Part shown: positions 26,201 to 39,440 of the stretch, in pieces
Layout of the letters: every line of letters starts with the position of its first letter
Numbering within the stretch: the stretch's first letter is position 1
Assembly (NCBI RefSeq): GCF_022045235.1
Contig: NW_027266308.1
Coordinates: 22,444,001 to 22,508,000 of the forward strand
Origin: Haliotis cracherodii
Taxonomy: Eukaryota
Direction of reading: 5' to 3'
DNA: 64,000 nt
Position numbers and translations under genes: made by a program
The notes under the pieces: model-generated
Database searches by the model: none
What the model saw: only the letters and a program-made list of their open reading frames with translations
What the model was told of the DNA's origin: nothing

Positions 26201-28218
26201 GTAATTTTATTTTTCGAGTTTGACTTAGACTGAAAATTGCGATAGTGCTTATTTCCGGAGCAGATCTTGAAAACCGTATATTTCTTGCCTTGCACACAAC
26301 CAGACATGTCATATTGGCTGTCGATATGAGTTTTTCATGCTTTGAAGTCTTTCTTTTGCAGTTGTTTTGCCCAATGGTCTTGCAGGCCCTTTGTTGCCGA
26401 CAGTAAGTGCTATCATGTCGAAAATGGCGCCTGCTGAAATGCAGGGTGAGTACACGGAGAAATGTCAAAGGAGGAGGTCATGCATGTCCTTCACAGAAAA
26501 CGCTTTTGTGTCAGTCACGTTCACTTGTGTGAAGAGTAAATCGTTGCAATGTTTTTACCGTTGCATTTGTCTTACGGTAGCAAAGGTAAAGAGTGAAGCA
26601 GTTTTGACGTGTTTTTTTATGTACAGTACAGAGTACAATGGAGACATTCGTATAAACCTAGTTCTAGCAAGATTTATTTAAAACATGAATTGGCAGCAGT
26701 GTACTTAATTCAAACGGGTCTAACGTTTCCGAAAATTAGCTTCAGAAGCAAGATTGTAGATATATCTTTAATACTTGATTTAACTGTCCCAACATGAAAT
26801 TAGGAATCATATTTTACTGATCTAACAATGACATTATATAAATTTATTGAGGAATAATTTCCATTACATATTGCATAGTATCTGATCAGTGATCTGATAT
26901 AATGAAACATTATATATGTATAATGTAACATACAGCCTTGAAAGAACTGCTTCTTTAAACAGTTAAAAAGTCATAAGGGATAACCTCATTAATGTTAACA
27001 TACGTTTGATAATGACCTGTGGGGATTCTGTGTAAGAACATAAATCCCTGCCATCTATGCATGTCGTGCAAGTCGACCAGATTGATCGAATGGTCATACT
27101 CGGTGTACTGGTAGATTGCATGTCAACGTATCCCAATTGTGTGGATCTATGTCTCGATGTCACCAACATGAATGTCTGGTCCAGGCTTGATTACTTACAT
27201 AGTGCCATCATATAAATGGAATACTGTTGATTTCGGCGTTAAAACAAACGAGTCGTGGGGATTCCCCGTTAGAATAGGTCCCCACGAACCATGGCCTGTG
27301 CGAGGCGACATGATGAAAATGATGTTCATGCTCGGTCAGTTGATTGAATGCGTGACCTCATACCTTGATGGCTTTGAGCAATGTACATTACTTCAATCAC
27401 TGGCTTGATTATTTACAAGTTGCTGTCATATAATTGCAATGTTGGCAAGTGCGTCGTTGAGCAACAAACAACTATACTTCACTGAACAACGAGTGTTGAA
27501 TATTCTCTATATTCAGGTAGAATCTCTTAAAAAGGAAACTTTCCAAAGCAATACTCAATATGCTTTTATTCATTTGGTCCATCTTATTCTTGAGGATTTG
27601 AGACGCTTACTGACACTGTGAAATATTTTGGAACATTTTCAACGAGCAGTTGAGTACTGTTCCCAAATATCGTATGTACATGTACTTGTCTTTGCCAGGA
27701 TCTCTGTTTGCCGGCATTGGACTTGTGAACATCATCTCAGGGACCATAGGGATAACAGTTTTCAACGAGATATATGATGCTACTGTGAAAGTACACCGTG
27801 GTTTTGCCTTTTTCGCCTGTGCGGGATTCCAACTGTTGTCTGCGGTTATCATAGTGTAAGTACATGTCGCGGTGGGGATATTCAACATAAAGGACGCCCA
27901 TAGCCAACCTAAACATCTGACATAACATGTGTTCTTTTTATACATTGATTTCTGTATTTCCTTTTTTACACATCACTGACCAACACCTTTGAGCCATTGA
28001 GATGCATGAAAGAGGTAAGCAATCACATTTTACTACTTCTGTAAGGGAACCAGCTGAAATACTAAACAAATATATTCATGTATTGCAGAATATTCCTGCT
28101 TGCATCTCGCCGCATCGTCGACACTGATACCTCCACTGCTGTTAGTATCAATGACACAGATTGGAAACCTAGTCCCATCATCTCCAAGGATAAGGCTATC
28201 ACCGAAACGATGACGTAG
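23211..28218 (+). CDS. SLC46A: SLC46-family MFS transporter, copy 4, 493 aa; exons 23211-24321, 26362-26445, 27699-27855, 28089-28218
   Basis: GT-AG introns, 1482-nt frame, same motifs and exon sizes. Intron 1 expanded by transposons. Confidence 0.9.
24486..25954. mobile_element. piggyBac-like non-autonomous element in copy 4 intron 1
   Basis: TTAA|CCC ... GGG|TTAA with subterminal inverted repeats (gtgaaatc.gtaa..accacat..gatcaatgaa). Paralogous intron 1 is only 125-265 nt. Confidence 0.65.
26020..26300. mobile_element. Probable Helentron-associated (HINE/DINE-like) repeat
   Basis: tttattatcccc..ggggatatag hairpin, (GTCC)-like tract, accaaacttggcaca core. Confidence 0.4.
27050..27480 (+). 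mobile_element. Decayed SINE family B copies in copy 4 intron 2
   Basis: Same motifs and position as in copy 3 intron 2. Confidence 0.6.
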
Positions 28219-28779
28219 TCTCAATGGGCAATGCTTATGACTGTTGAAGACGTGTGTCAACTTATTGTTGAATCCCAACCACTGTCATAAATAATACATG
28301 TAATAAACTATCTTTGATATTAACGCATTTACTTGTCACACTATTTTCATTTTAGACCTTGACTATGGCGAAATAAATCTTCACTTATATACATAATTTA
28401 TGTATTGTTATTCCTTACATGCATGTTGGTCAGTTTTTGAAAAACATATGTGTAGCAATGAGTATAATGAATAAAATGCGCCAGAATAGTTAAAACATTA
28501 AAGGCAATATAAATAACATGCCCTCAGGCATACACAGGTTGGTCGAGTTATTAATCACATGGCTGCGGATGTTATCACACATGTACAATAGGTATGACAC
28601 TGAACAGGGTGTTAACACACCACCACCAACACCGCTAAGTCTACATATATATCTGAAGATACACTAAACATCTGAGACAGATTATATTTCATGCATATGA
28701 CATACTGTTTCATCGAATCATTTCATGTTCAAAGGACTTATAATTAGAAGGTAAACATCGCAACAACAGGTTTCACAGA

Positions 28780-29230
28780 AATTGCTCAATCTGTTTTTTA
28801 ACCTAGCATTAGTTTGTGGATCCTGCAGTGTTAACGTTCTTAATATATTTGATGATACCGGGCCACAAGACGGTGTAAAGTACCACAGATGCTCTATTTT
28901 TTGGAAATGTCAGGGACTTAGCGGACTTCCGTTTGCCTTCTCGTGGGAAGTAATCGGTGACGACCTGAGGTCTGGCATTGTCCACTTGCAGTTCGAAATT
29001 TCTGCGGATAATTTTAGCGAATGGACAACGACAGGACCTGGCATACCGCTCGCCGCAACGTCGCCAACAACGCAATTTAGTCTTTGTTTAGCGATAATCG
29101 AGAACGAAGCTCTGATTTTAATGAGATTGCCAAAAACGTGTTCTGCTATCTGTGAATCGGAGGAGACACCTTGATTCGTCTGTAAACATGGTGTAACGCC
29201 ATTGACGCACAGCCCGTCACTCGAGTTGCC
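28780..29230 (-). mobile_element. Internally deleted Tc1 transposase fragment
   Basis: Minus strand TDESR, RCWRRCGERYA and LQVDNARP. Confidence 0.65.
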
Positions 29231-29309
29231 TGTCAATCACTGGATATCAATCACTGGATTTACTGGTTCAGAATTGATTATTTACAAACGGCAGACATAT
29301 TTTTGTTGT

Positions 29310-29510
29310 TCTTTGTTTGTTGTTTAACACCGCACTTAGCAATATTCCAGTATATGACAGCAGTCTATAAATAATAGAGTCTGGACGACACAATCTTGTG
29401 ATTGGCATCATAAGCATCGATCTACACAATCGGGATACGATGACATGGATCAACAAAGTCAGCGAGCCTGACCACACGAACCCGTTAGTCTCCTCTTACG
29501 GCAAGCGAAT
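29310..29510 (-). mobile_element. SINE family B
   Basis: Reverse complement of the 10145-10356 core. Confidence 0.75.
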
Positions 29511-30020
29511 ATTGCTGAGTACCAAACAGCCATGCAGCTGGAATAGTACGGCATTAAAAAACAAAACAAACAAAACAAACAGTAATATAGAAGACTATAC
29601 TCTCTTTCTGAAGTCCATTGACTAAAATCCAAAGATGTTGTTAAAGTTGTCTACAAACAATCCCATGGCATCGTGCCGAGATCACCGGTTCTGTCAGTCC
29701 CAATGATCAACAGTTGGCTGGTCTGGCTGTGGTTGCTGACAGGATAGAACATATTTTGTAAATAGTATTTAAGAGGTTGACTAAACTCTATAATGTATGT
29801 CTGATATATGTTATATATACCAAGCATAGTGGTGTTATCTTGTCTCGCTCACTTTCTGCATCCAAACAGCTTCATTGTGTTATGAACAAACAACCATCGT
29901 GTATATCACCAGCAAACAAGGTCATTATGCCACATGTCAACAGGGTTCGAACTTCAAGGCTTCAAAGATATACTATCTTGGAGCAAGCTCTAAATACTGG
30001 TCACATTTTACTCAACGAGC

Positions 30021-33000
30021 ATGGAGTCTATACCACTAGTAGCAGACAACAATCAAGAAGGCAAGTCTAAACTCGGAAATCTCCTCAAAGCTAACGTTGT
30101 GTTTCTGGTTTACCATTTGGCTGTTAATATCCACGAGCCATTGTTAACGCAATATCTTTACAAGAGGTACTCCGATGAGTTGTTCCATAACAGCACTGCA
30201 CATACTTCAAACCAAACATCCACGTGTTACCTCAATGAGTCGGATCCAGGGTATATATTACAGGAAAAGGTTCAAGACAGGACATCAAACATTCAGATTG
30301 TACTAACAGCTATATCAAGCCCGATTCAACTCATAAGTTGTATGTTCCTTGGGGCATATTCTGATTTTCTTGGTCGAAGATTTCTTTTCATTGTGCCTTT
30401 AATTGGAGAGCTTGTGAGGTATATGACGTTGACCATTGTTATTTACTGGAATCTAGATCTTAGATACCTGTACATTGGCGAGGCCTTAGATGGGATTTCA
30501 GGGGGATACAATGGTGTCATTCTAGCTAGTTATGCCTACACGGCTGACAACACGCCACCTATGAACTCCCGAACAGTAGGTATCGCTGTGATAGATTTCA
30601 CCACCTCCTTATCTTCTGCAGTTTCCCAGATCATGACTGGATACTTCATCAAAGACCTTGGGTATTTCTACCCCTCTGTGACTACTTCATCACTTATGCT
30701 TCTCTCTCTACTCGTTGTCGTTGTTCTGCTCCCAGAAACGATCAACACAGATAGAAGATCTCAGTACCCAACGCCGGTAAAAGCGGTGAAAACTGTCTTT
30801 GGATTCTACTTTTCGAAAGATTTTGGCCCAAAGAGAAGTCTATTCTGGCTCTCAATTGCAGCATATTTTCTGATATACTTTAACACCGGTGGTGTGTACA
30901 TTGTAGAATATCTTTACCAACTCAACCAGCCATTCTGTTGGGGCTCAGAGCTCATCGGCTACTACAATATGGCGGTGTCCCTTTCCAGACAACTATTGGG
31001 GATTCCAGTCATCAAACTCCTCCATCTGTGCACCTCAGACCCAGGAATATGTATCATAACATCTGTTATACAGGCAGGAGCCTATGTCCTAGAGGGCCTG
31101 GCTGATACGAACTTCATGCTTTTCGCAGGTACGTCATATTGACAATTATCTAAAGAATATAGTAAAGCATGATGTCATTGAAGCATCAGCTGCATTTAGA
31201 AAATGCAAGATGCTCTGATAACAATGTTCATTGATGTGAATTGCCACGTTTCCCTCCTAGTTGTAACACTGACTAAGTATCCATATAATAAGGTCTTGAC
31301 AAATACTCTGTTTGTAGGATTTCCATAAAATGGGAAATAAAGGCATCTACATAAAAATTAATTTTGTTTTCATTGCAGTTGTTTTGCCATGTGGCATTGC
31401 TTCCCCTCTCCTACCGGCAGTGCGAGCTATCATGTCAAGGATGGCCCCTGCGGAAATGCAGGGTGAGTCTCAGATAGATGAAGTGCATATGTGCCAGGGA
31501 AAGATAAACCTCAGTTATGTAATGCATCATTTATAATATACACTTTACACCAATCTACGATTCCAACAACACCATAAGCTGATATGTAAATGAATCAAAT
31601 ATATATTGATAGTATATCAAATATTGATAATGCCAGGTGAGTAAATAGTACAGGTAAAAAAAGGGAATTGTATCGGACATCACTTTGGTCACTGATGCGT
31701 CAAATATAGAAATGACATCCACACGTCTAACATAAAACCTCAAACGTTCTGAAATGTAGACACCAAAGGCTGGAGCTGCTGGAATATGGCTCAACATAGA
31801 GTGATAGTTAACAATTGGAAAGTTGTCATCCGGACTTTATCATTGAATATGTATGCATTGATCTAAATATGAACCAGATGAGGCTGTTTTACTGGATGAA
31901 TTGGCTATTTGATCATTACTGAGCGATTTAAGATCCTTGGTATACACGAATCTTAATTTAAACTTCTTGGCCTAATGCCCTTGTTTTGAGTTTTCCAATC
32001 AGAACAGATTATGATTCTGATTCCGATTCGTATGCTTACGGACACCTATTTCTTGCAGGATCACTGTTTGCTGGGGTTGGGCTAATGAACATCATCTCAG
32101 CAGGAATGGGGGTAACAGTGTACAACGAGATGTATGATGCCACTGTGAAGATACTCCGTGGATTTGCCTTCTTCGTCTGTGCAGCTTGTCACGTGTTGGC
32201 TGTGGTCATTATAGTGTGAGTACATGCATTGGCTTGGGTACTTTACCTTTAGGGAAAATGTACACGAGTTTTCATTATCACCTGTTAAATAAACATACAG
32301 CTGTATTACACATTGTGTAATATCAAAGCGCGTGCTTATGTACGGCGGGAACAAGTTACACTAACAAACGTTGAAAACTCTCAGCATCCCTTGGATTATT
32401 CAACGACATTGCGGGAGGAGATGATAGATCATTGAGAGGAGTTTATGCACTCTCAATGATCACAGCTACACCGTTGCTAGACTGACGTCACATTCTGTTA
32501 AACTCAAATGGATTACGTTGTGGATCGTGTAGGTGTCTGCCTATTCATACACGACAGTGGAATTCTGAAAAGGAATAGCTATAAATTGCAGGTAATAAAT
32601 AAAATACTATACTCGCTCACGTGTGATACCAATTTTATGAAACTCTGGTATCCGGCACGCTTTCGCTCGTCAAATACAAGAACTATTCCCTCGTTTCATA
32701 AAATTGGTATTACACGGGAGCTCGTTTAGTATTCTCTATTTAACTGTTCTTGATGGAAGAACTTTCGTCTCTCAATGCCAGTACACATATTACATAGTGT
32801 TGACATTATACATAGAGGACATCTAGTGTTTCCAGTGTCCATATCTGTTCGCTGTTCTGTTTAGTTTCAGTATTATTTTTACACTTCACTGACTAATAAG
32901 TACGATATCACATCATATGTAGGGTTGAGATTTACAATTAAAATATGGTTCTTTTACTCATGCTTTAAAATTATGATTTGACACAAACTCGTATATATTA

Positions 33001-33096
33001 ATATCTGTATCTTGCAGATTGTTTCTGTGTATATCACACCGTATCATCGACACTGACACCTCACCTGTTGTTGTGATCAATGACCCTGATCAGTAG
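30021..33096 (+). CDS. SLC46A: SLC46-family MFS transporter, copy 5, 475 aa (short C-tail); exons 30021-31128, 31379-31462, 32059-32215, 33018-33096
   Basis: GT-AG introns, 1428-nt frame. TAG at 33094 is earlier than in the paralogs. Confidence 0.9.
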
Positions 33097-34699
33097 CCTG
33101 GCCTGGCCTGTCATCCCCATGACAAGGCTATCATGCCATGACAATGTAGTGGCACTGGATGATGCCTGTGACTGGAGAAGCCTTTATACCTGAAGCATAG
33201 ATATTGACATAAAGCCCAACTCTTAATACGGTGAATCGTTGTTAGTCCAGAAACTTCCGGGAAGATTACTGTCGCGAACGACCATATATGGTTTAAGCAG
33301 TAAGTGATATTCAAGTATGACTTTACATTTATGTCTGTCCATATTATTTGAAGCCTAAAACTGATAACAGACACCCAAGTGACTGCCATAATTGTCATGT
33401 CAAAAGTTTGATAGAAGACACATACCACGTAGTGCTCGGGTTAGTCTACAGACATGAGGCCAAAATCATGACAGTAGGGAGAATCATTGCAAAACGTTCT
33501 TCTCGCCGTGACTTCCTGTAAATTTGCTAAACACATTCATATTTCATATTTTAAAGCCACCTAATTAGATGGTTCAGTTTGTGAACGTAACATGACTAGC
33601 AATTTATGATATCCAACAACACTGAGGTATATTTTCACTGCACTCACCTATCATAGAACATATGTTTCTTTTATTGCACACTTGATACTAGGTTACCTGT
33701 ACGAATTACATTCCCAATAAAGACTCGATGATTGTGATAAAAAAAATGTGTTCATCCTGATAATTCAACATGGTTGCACTGTTGAACGTAAATTCTTGCC
33801 ATAATGCTTCCCTCGAGGGACGTTGAAATGATGTTCATTTATTGAAGCGTTGATAAATGTAATGCAAAGGTATGCATGCGGTAAATATACTGGATTGAAA
33901 CATGAAATAGTATTATCTTGTCATGTAAGTGCATCATGGGTGCATCTTGAAACCTTTCTTTAGTTCACTGAATTATGTGTTAATTACCTTTTCCCTGAAC
34001 TTTAAAAGCGCTTGCAGCATGATCACAGGATGCATTTACATTTAATAACAGCTAAACGCATAAGGACAATCATCAGTGACAGGACCATTAGTATGTTGGG
34101 AGCCAGACATAACCCCATTGCTTGACACTTTGGTTGCATTCATGAAACAATCACCAAGTTGTTTTGCCCTAGAAACTATTGTCAAGCGCTTCAGTATATC
34201 CAGACGACTGTGTCTCCATGATTCAGGAATACTTTGAATCAGATATAGTTTCAGCCTTTAACTAACATATTGTTGACGCCATAACACAAACATGACTAAC
34301 AGAAAGTTGACGTCATAACTATTACATGTAATAAACTATCATTTAGTGTACTGTTCTGATTTCCACTTTAACATGTCACATAATTTCATACCATGTCCTT
34401 GTCCCCGGCGATAACAACATTCTTATTAACACATCAACACCTTATTCTCTTACAAATTTCACAATTTTTAGTGGATACAATTTTGGTTTGGTTTCTACAT
34501 TATGGGCATTCTATGAGTATGTTCAACACTGAGTATAATGAATAACGTACACTGGAACAGTTAACGTGTTTAACTCAAGGCTATATGTACCAGCTATCTC
34601 ACTAAAATCAGGTCTCAGTTCTCGTTACATACAGCTAAACAAAGATCTCAGGACATCCCAATTCAGATCATGTCAGAACGACTAATTGCCAACAACAAG

Positions 34700-34990
34700 T
34701 GGTATATTTTGGGCAAGTTCTTGATTCAAATTTTTGAATAAATGAACAAAAGAAAATTCTGGAATGTCTAATAGGTGGCCGAGATTTATGGCAGTACTTC
34801 CAACGGCCTGGGGAAAGCTCTTCCGTTTCAAATGTTATCACATAAAAGTGAGAGACGAACGATGAGTTTGACAACATCTGTGGTACGGCAAACGACTGAA
34901 GTCCCAATGTTAACCATTTTGAGATTCCATAACCAGAAAACCATTTCAACAGCCATGGCAGGGCATCAGTGTTATGATGCCTCAAAATGT
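34700..34990 (+). pseudogene. Frameshifted RecQ-like helicase motif I fragment, probably transposon-derived
   Basis: Across frames: EQKKILECLIGGRD-MAVLPT-(W/L)GK-LPFQM, then VPMLTI (motif Ia-like). Confidence 0.55.
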
Positions 34991-35779
34991 CTGTCACAAT
35001 ATGCGGAATATATGTGGGCGGGCAGTATTCGTTAGGTCCCAGCATTTGCACTTAAGGTAGAACATGATCTTGAACGATGACATCCCGGTAGCGAACGACG
35101 ATGAGTAACGTAAGCGTCACTGAAACGTTCTCCTTGACGCCTGTAGACCCTTCTACGACCCTTGATGAAACAAGGACAATATACTGTCCCAGTCTTGTCT
35201 TCTGAACCTCAGATGCTGACTCGGAAGCAAAACGTGAGCGTATCACTGGACGTAGGGCCGGATTTTGTGCTCATTCAAACTATTGCGTGCGGTTCTGCCA
35301 CTAATTTGTCACTAACCCAGGAATTGTCCTAGCTGTTAATGTGGCAGTTTGGTATCGATTTAGTAGACGCACGAAACGAATATTGTTGTCTTGTTGACGT
35401 GATGTCACATGTGGGCGACCGGTCCCTAACAGGTCATGAGTGTTGCCCTGCTGTAGACAACGTCCCCAAAGAGCTCGTATTGTGTTACTAAATTAAGTAA
35501 ATTATTAGCATTAAATGTTATTATATTTAATGAAATATTTGAAAACTTCGTTTTTGCGGGATTTCTGTTTGCAGCATACCCACAGTACGCCGTGTCATTT
35601 GGTAAGCGTTATTTCCAGTTAAACAAAAGTGTTTTATGTGCACCTCAGGTCAGACAGACCAGCACTCCGGAATCTCACCCCCGCCCCAAACAACCAGAGA
35701 AGAAGACCAAGCTCAACACAAGTAGGGGAGGGGAATCTATCTTCGGGATCATAGAAGGGATCTACCTGATGCTATAACA

Positions 35780-37060
35780 ATTTCTTTTGTGAATGTCTGT
35801 GGATTTATGAGAAAGTTCAACTGACGTTGTTCGTTTCATTAAATAATCTAATATAACTCAACATGGAAAACCTAAACTAGATGTCTGTGATACTGTTGAC
35901 ATTCCACACTTTATCAGCTATACAAAGAACACAAAACTCAAGCACCAGACCTGGTGGCCTAGCTATCGCTGTTGAAGATGTTTCAAAAAATATTTTAAGA
36001 TTATCCCTACAAAATATGAATGTTTACTGTTAGTCAAAGTATCATGTGATATTCTGTGTTCTCAAAGAAATCTCTGTCTTTGTACTTTTCTATGCCTACA
36101 ATTAACAACATTCTATAGATTGTTTTGACTCATATTGCAAAAAATGGAAACGTCATAAATACGCGTAAATGAAAAGTAATTATTTTGGGGCGTACTAAAT
36201 ATGACAAAAGAAAGCATACAAATTTAGATGAAAGTAATGTTGAATTTGTAGATGAGAATAAGGATCTTGGGATTTATTTTCAGAAAGAAAAAAAACATTC
36301 ACAAAATCAATCAAAAGCCTGTGTGGTCAAGCTACTAAAGACATGTACTTTGCTTCAAGTAAATCACGCACATATCACCTTTCACTTAATGTCAACTTAT
36401 TTGATGCCATGATAACACCTATTCTTGTAAATTGATTTTAAGTTTGGGATTTTGAAAATAATAAAGTCAATTGAAAACATTTTTCTGAGAAAACTTATCC
36501 AAGTTAAAATGAAAGTAACAACTTTTTATACTTTATGATACGCTGGGTACAACTCCCCTTCTCATAGATATTAAAAAAGTAATGATAACATTTTGGTGAA
36601 CGCTTTATCTGGAAATGTAGTAATCTGTTCTATATTTTGTACATGCTCTTACATAAAGATACACTCACCAATTGTAGATTTGTTTATAAATGGCTCACTT
36701 TTATTAAACATATTTTAGATCCGAACGACCTGGGCTAAGTGGTTATTAGTCTTCAATATTGATAATAAGCTTGAATCATATTTGTCAATTATTCCTTTCA
36801 TTTTAGCTCTTAAAGTGCGCTTCTTTGGAACGTCTTGCCACCGCTTGCCAATTTAAACAGGAAGCTGGAATAACACGCCAATAAGTGATCGGATTTGTTA
36901 ATATGTGATATAAATTATGTGGTTGTTGAAAATCATTATATTTAAAAAAAAGTAAACATATTTTAACGATGCTCGTAAACTATATATCTCATGTAAATAT
37001 AAGAATTAGCCAATATGCTAAAAACTCATAGAATTGTTTACCTCCCCAAAAATCTAACCA
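35780..37060 (+). mobile_element. Heavily degraded CR1/L2-group LINE
   Basis: NVCG..RK endonuclease start; C-terminal HRLPI.TGSWNNTPISDRIC..C signature. Confidence 0.6.
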
Positions 37061-39440
37061 CCTGTTCACCTCACTATATACATTTTTTTATTCCTCCGTA
37101 GGAGAGGTGAAGAGGAGATATTTAACATGGATTGAGAATTACTTTGGAAGTTGCACAAATTATACAGGCTGGTCGAAAATAACGCAAACATCCAAATTTT
37201 GCGCCGTCCATTAGCATGCACGTGCAAATTGTGAATCAGGATCTTTATACTGCATAATTTAATTTGAGAATAAATGTTTTTTTATTAAACTTTACATGAA
37301 GCACAGTTACTTTATTCCGTTGGTATACACAATAGAGTGTATCTCCGAAAACACGGTTATCACGGCGTGATTTTCACATGACTGAATGTTATCACAAGTG
37401 TACTATAGGTCATTATGACACATCTCACTACTAATCAGTCACCACATATGTCCAGAGATATACTAAACATGAAAAGAGTAATTTAATATTAGTGAAATGA
37501 CATGACATTTCATCGAATAATTTCTTTCACAATGAAAGGCCAGTATCAAAATAAAGGCATTCCAGACATATTTTCAGTGATCGATTCTTATAATTATCAC
37601 TTTTTTCATTCGAACGTTGTTATTCTCTAGTTGTATGTCTTCCCCTTATCAGAATGAAAACACCAAGACTCCAATGCTTAGTCTGGTAAACGACAGTGAA
37701 AATTTGTTTGTAACAAAACAGGTTTTACAATCATAACAATATGCTAACAGAGGTTATTATCATGCACCCAAACTACTTAATATCTGACTGGTTGAAGGCG
37801 ACAAAATCGTTTTTGTTTTCTATTTTGTTTAAGATATTGGGACCATTTTTAGCCCTCAAGCCTATTTCGTACTACTTTTCAGTGAGGTGGTGTGTAATTC
37901 AGTCTGACCCGTGAAGACTCCGGGGTAGAATAGGTCTTCAGCAACCCATGCTTGCCGTAAAAGGTGACTATGGTTGTCGTTGGTTGGTTGGTTGGTTGGT
38001 TGGTTGGTTTGTTGTTTAACGCCGCACTCAGCAATATTCCAGCTATATGACGGTGGTCTGTAAATAATCGAGTCTGGACCAGACAATTCAGTGATTAATA
38101 TCATGAGCATCGATCCACACAATTGGGATCGATGACATGCATCAACCAAGTCAGCGAGCCTGACCACCCGATCCCGTTATTCGCCTTTTACGACAAGCAT
38201 AGTCACCCTTTACGGCAAGTATGGATTGCTGAAGACCTATTCTACCACGGAATCTTCACGGGTCTATGCTTGTCGTAAAAGGCGACTAACGGAATCGGGT
38301 TGCATGACTATTTATTTTAATACTAAATAATGTGACAGACAAAATACTGCCTTTTGGGACACCTTGATCCTCAGTATAATGGTCAGACAGGAATGAATCG
38401 ACTCTGCCTGTCTGTTAAAAATGTGATATAAAATGCGGTAAACGAACTATCAAGCCAAAATCATGTAAATCTTTTACAATGCCATGCTTCCAGGTTGTAC
38501 TGTATTCTTTCTCAAGATCAAAGTGAGTGTGTGAGTTTGGAGGCGTGTCAGCTTAATGTGAGAGGAAAGCCCACCGTGAAGCAGGTCTCAGACGTTTACC
38601 ACGTCGGTGAAACTCAACAGCACGGGTATGGTGCTGACAAACATAGAAACATAATCAGGGCGAACCGGGATTTGAACCCACAACCACAGGTTTCTGGATA
38701 CTATGTGTTGTTTATTTACTCTAGCACTTTGAGTAAATGATTCTAATCATACTAAATGATCAATAGTACTTCTATTTTTCCAGAAACCACATCGAATATT
38801 TGTGATAAGATTATTGGTTCCCAGATACCAAACTAATCTAGTGTTTACCATTCGTTCCATGGTTTTACAAACGCCACTGGTTAAAGATATAGGGCGGTAA
38901 TTTGAAGGATCTGTATGATTCCGGCCAGGATTTGGTATGGGGACTACAATGGCATTATGCCATTCAGGAGGAATATTCCCTGAAGTCCATGTATGATCAC
39001 ATGTATCTCAAAGTGTCTCAAGACATAATTTGACGATGAAGAAGTATATTTGCAATGTCAGATGTGTCAGATATTAATGTGTCACCATCTTAAAGATGGT
39101 GTACAGAAGATTTTGAACCTTTGCCTTTTTGTTTTCTTAACCATCTTGTGGTGTGCGTGATTTAATTTTGTAGACACAGTTCCTCCATGTTTGCCACATA
39201 TTTTGCTGTAGGGTGTCGGCGGAAATATTTGTTCTGCTTTCTTCCTACACTTTCTTGCTTGTTTGCATTCATTATTTAACCATGGTCTACGAACATGAGG
39301 ATTTGTGGAAGACATAGGAAATGTATGATCAGTAATTTAATTTAGTTGAGCTGAAAACAACTGGATGGAATCTGGTACATTTCTGGAATAATCAGGTTTT
39401 AGTTTCTCAGCACATAACATTTCATACAACGACCAATTGG
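36820..39440 (+). repeat. Long direct repeat, copy A (pairs with 45935-50295)
   Basis: Long colinear high-identity blocks, e.g. 36940-37905 vs 47451-48446 and 38420-39440 vs 49176-50295. Confidence 0.9.
37907..38300. mobile_element. SINE family B copy (37981-38263, minus) nested in a plus-strand family B copy
   Basis: 13-bp TSD ctatggttgtcgt / ctatgcttgtcgt. Confidence 0.85.
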
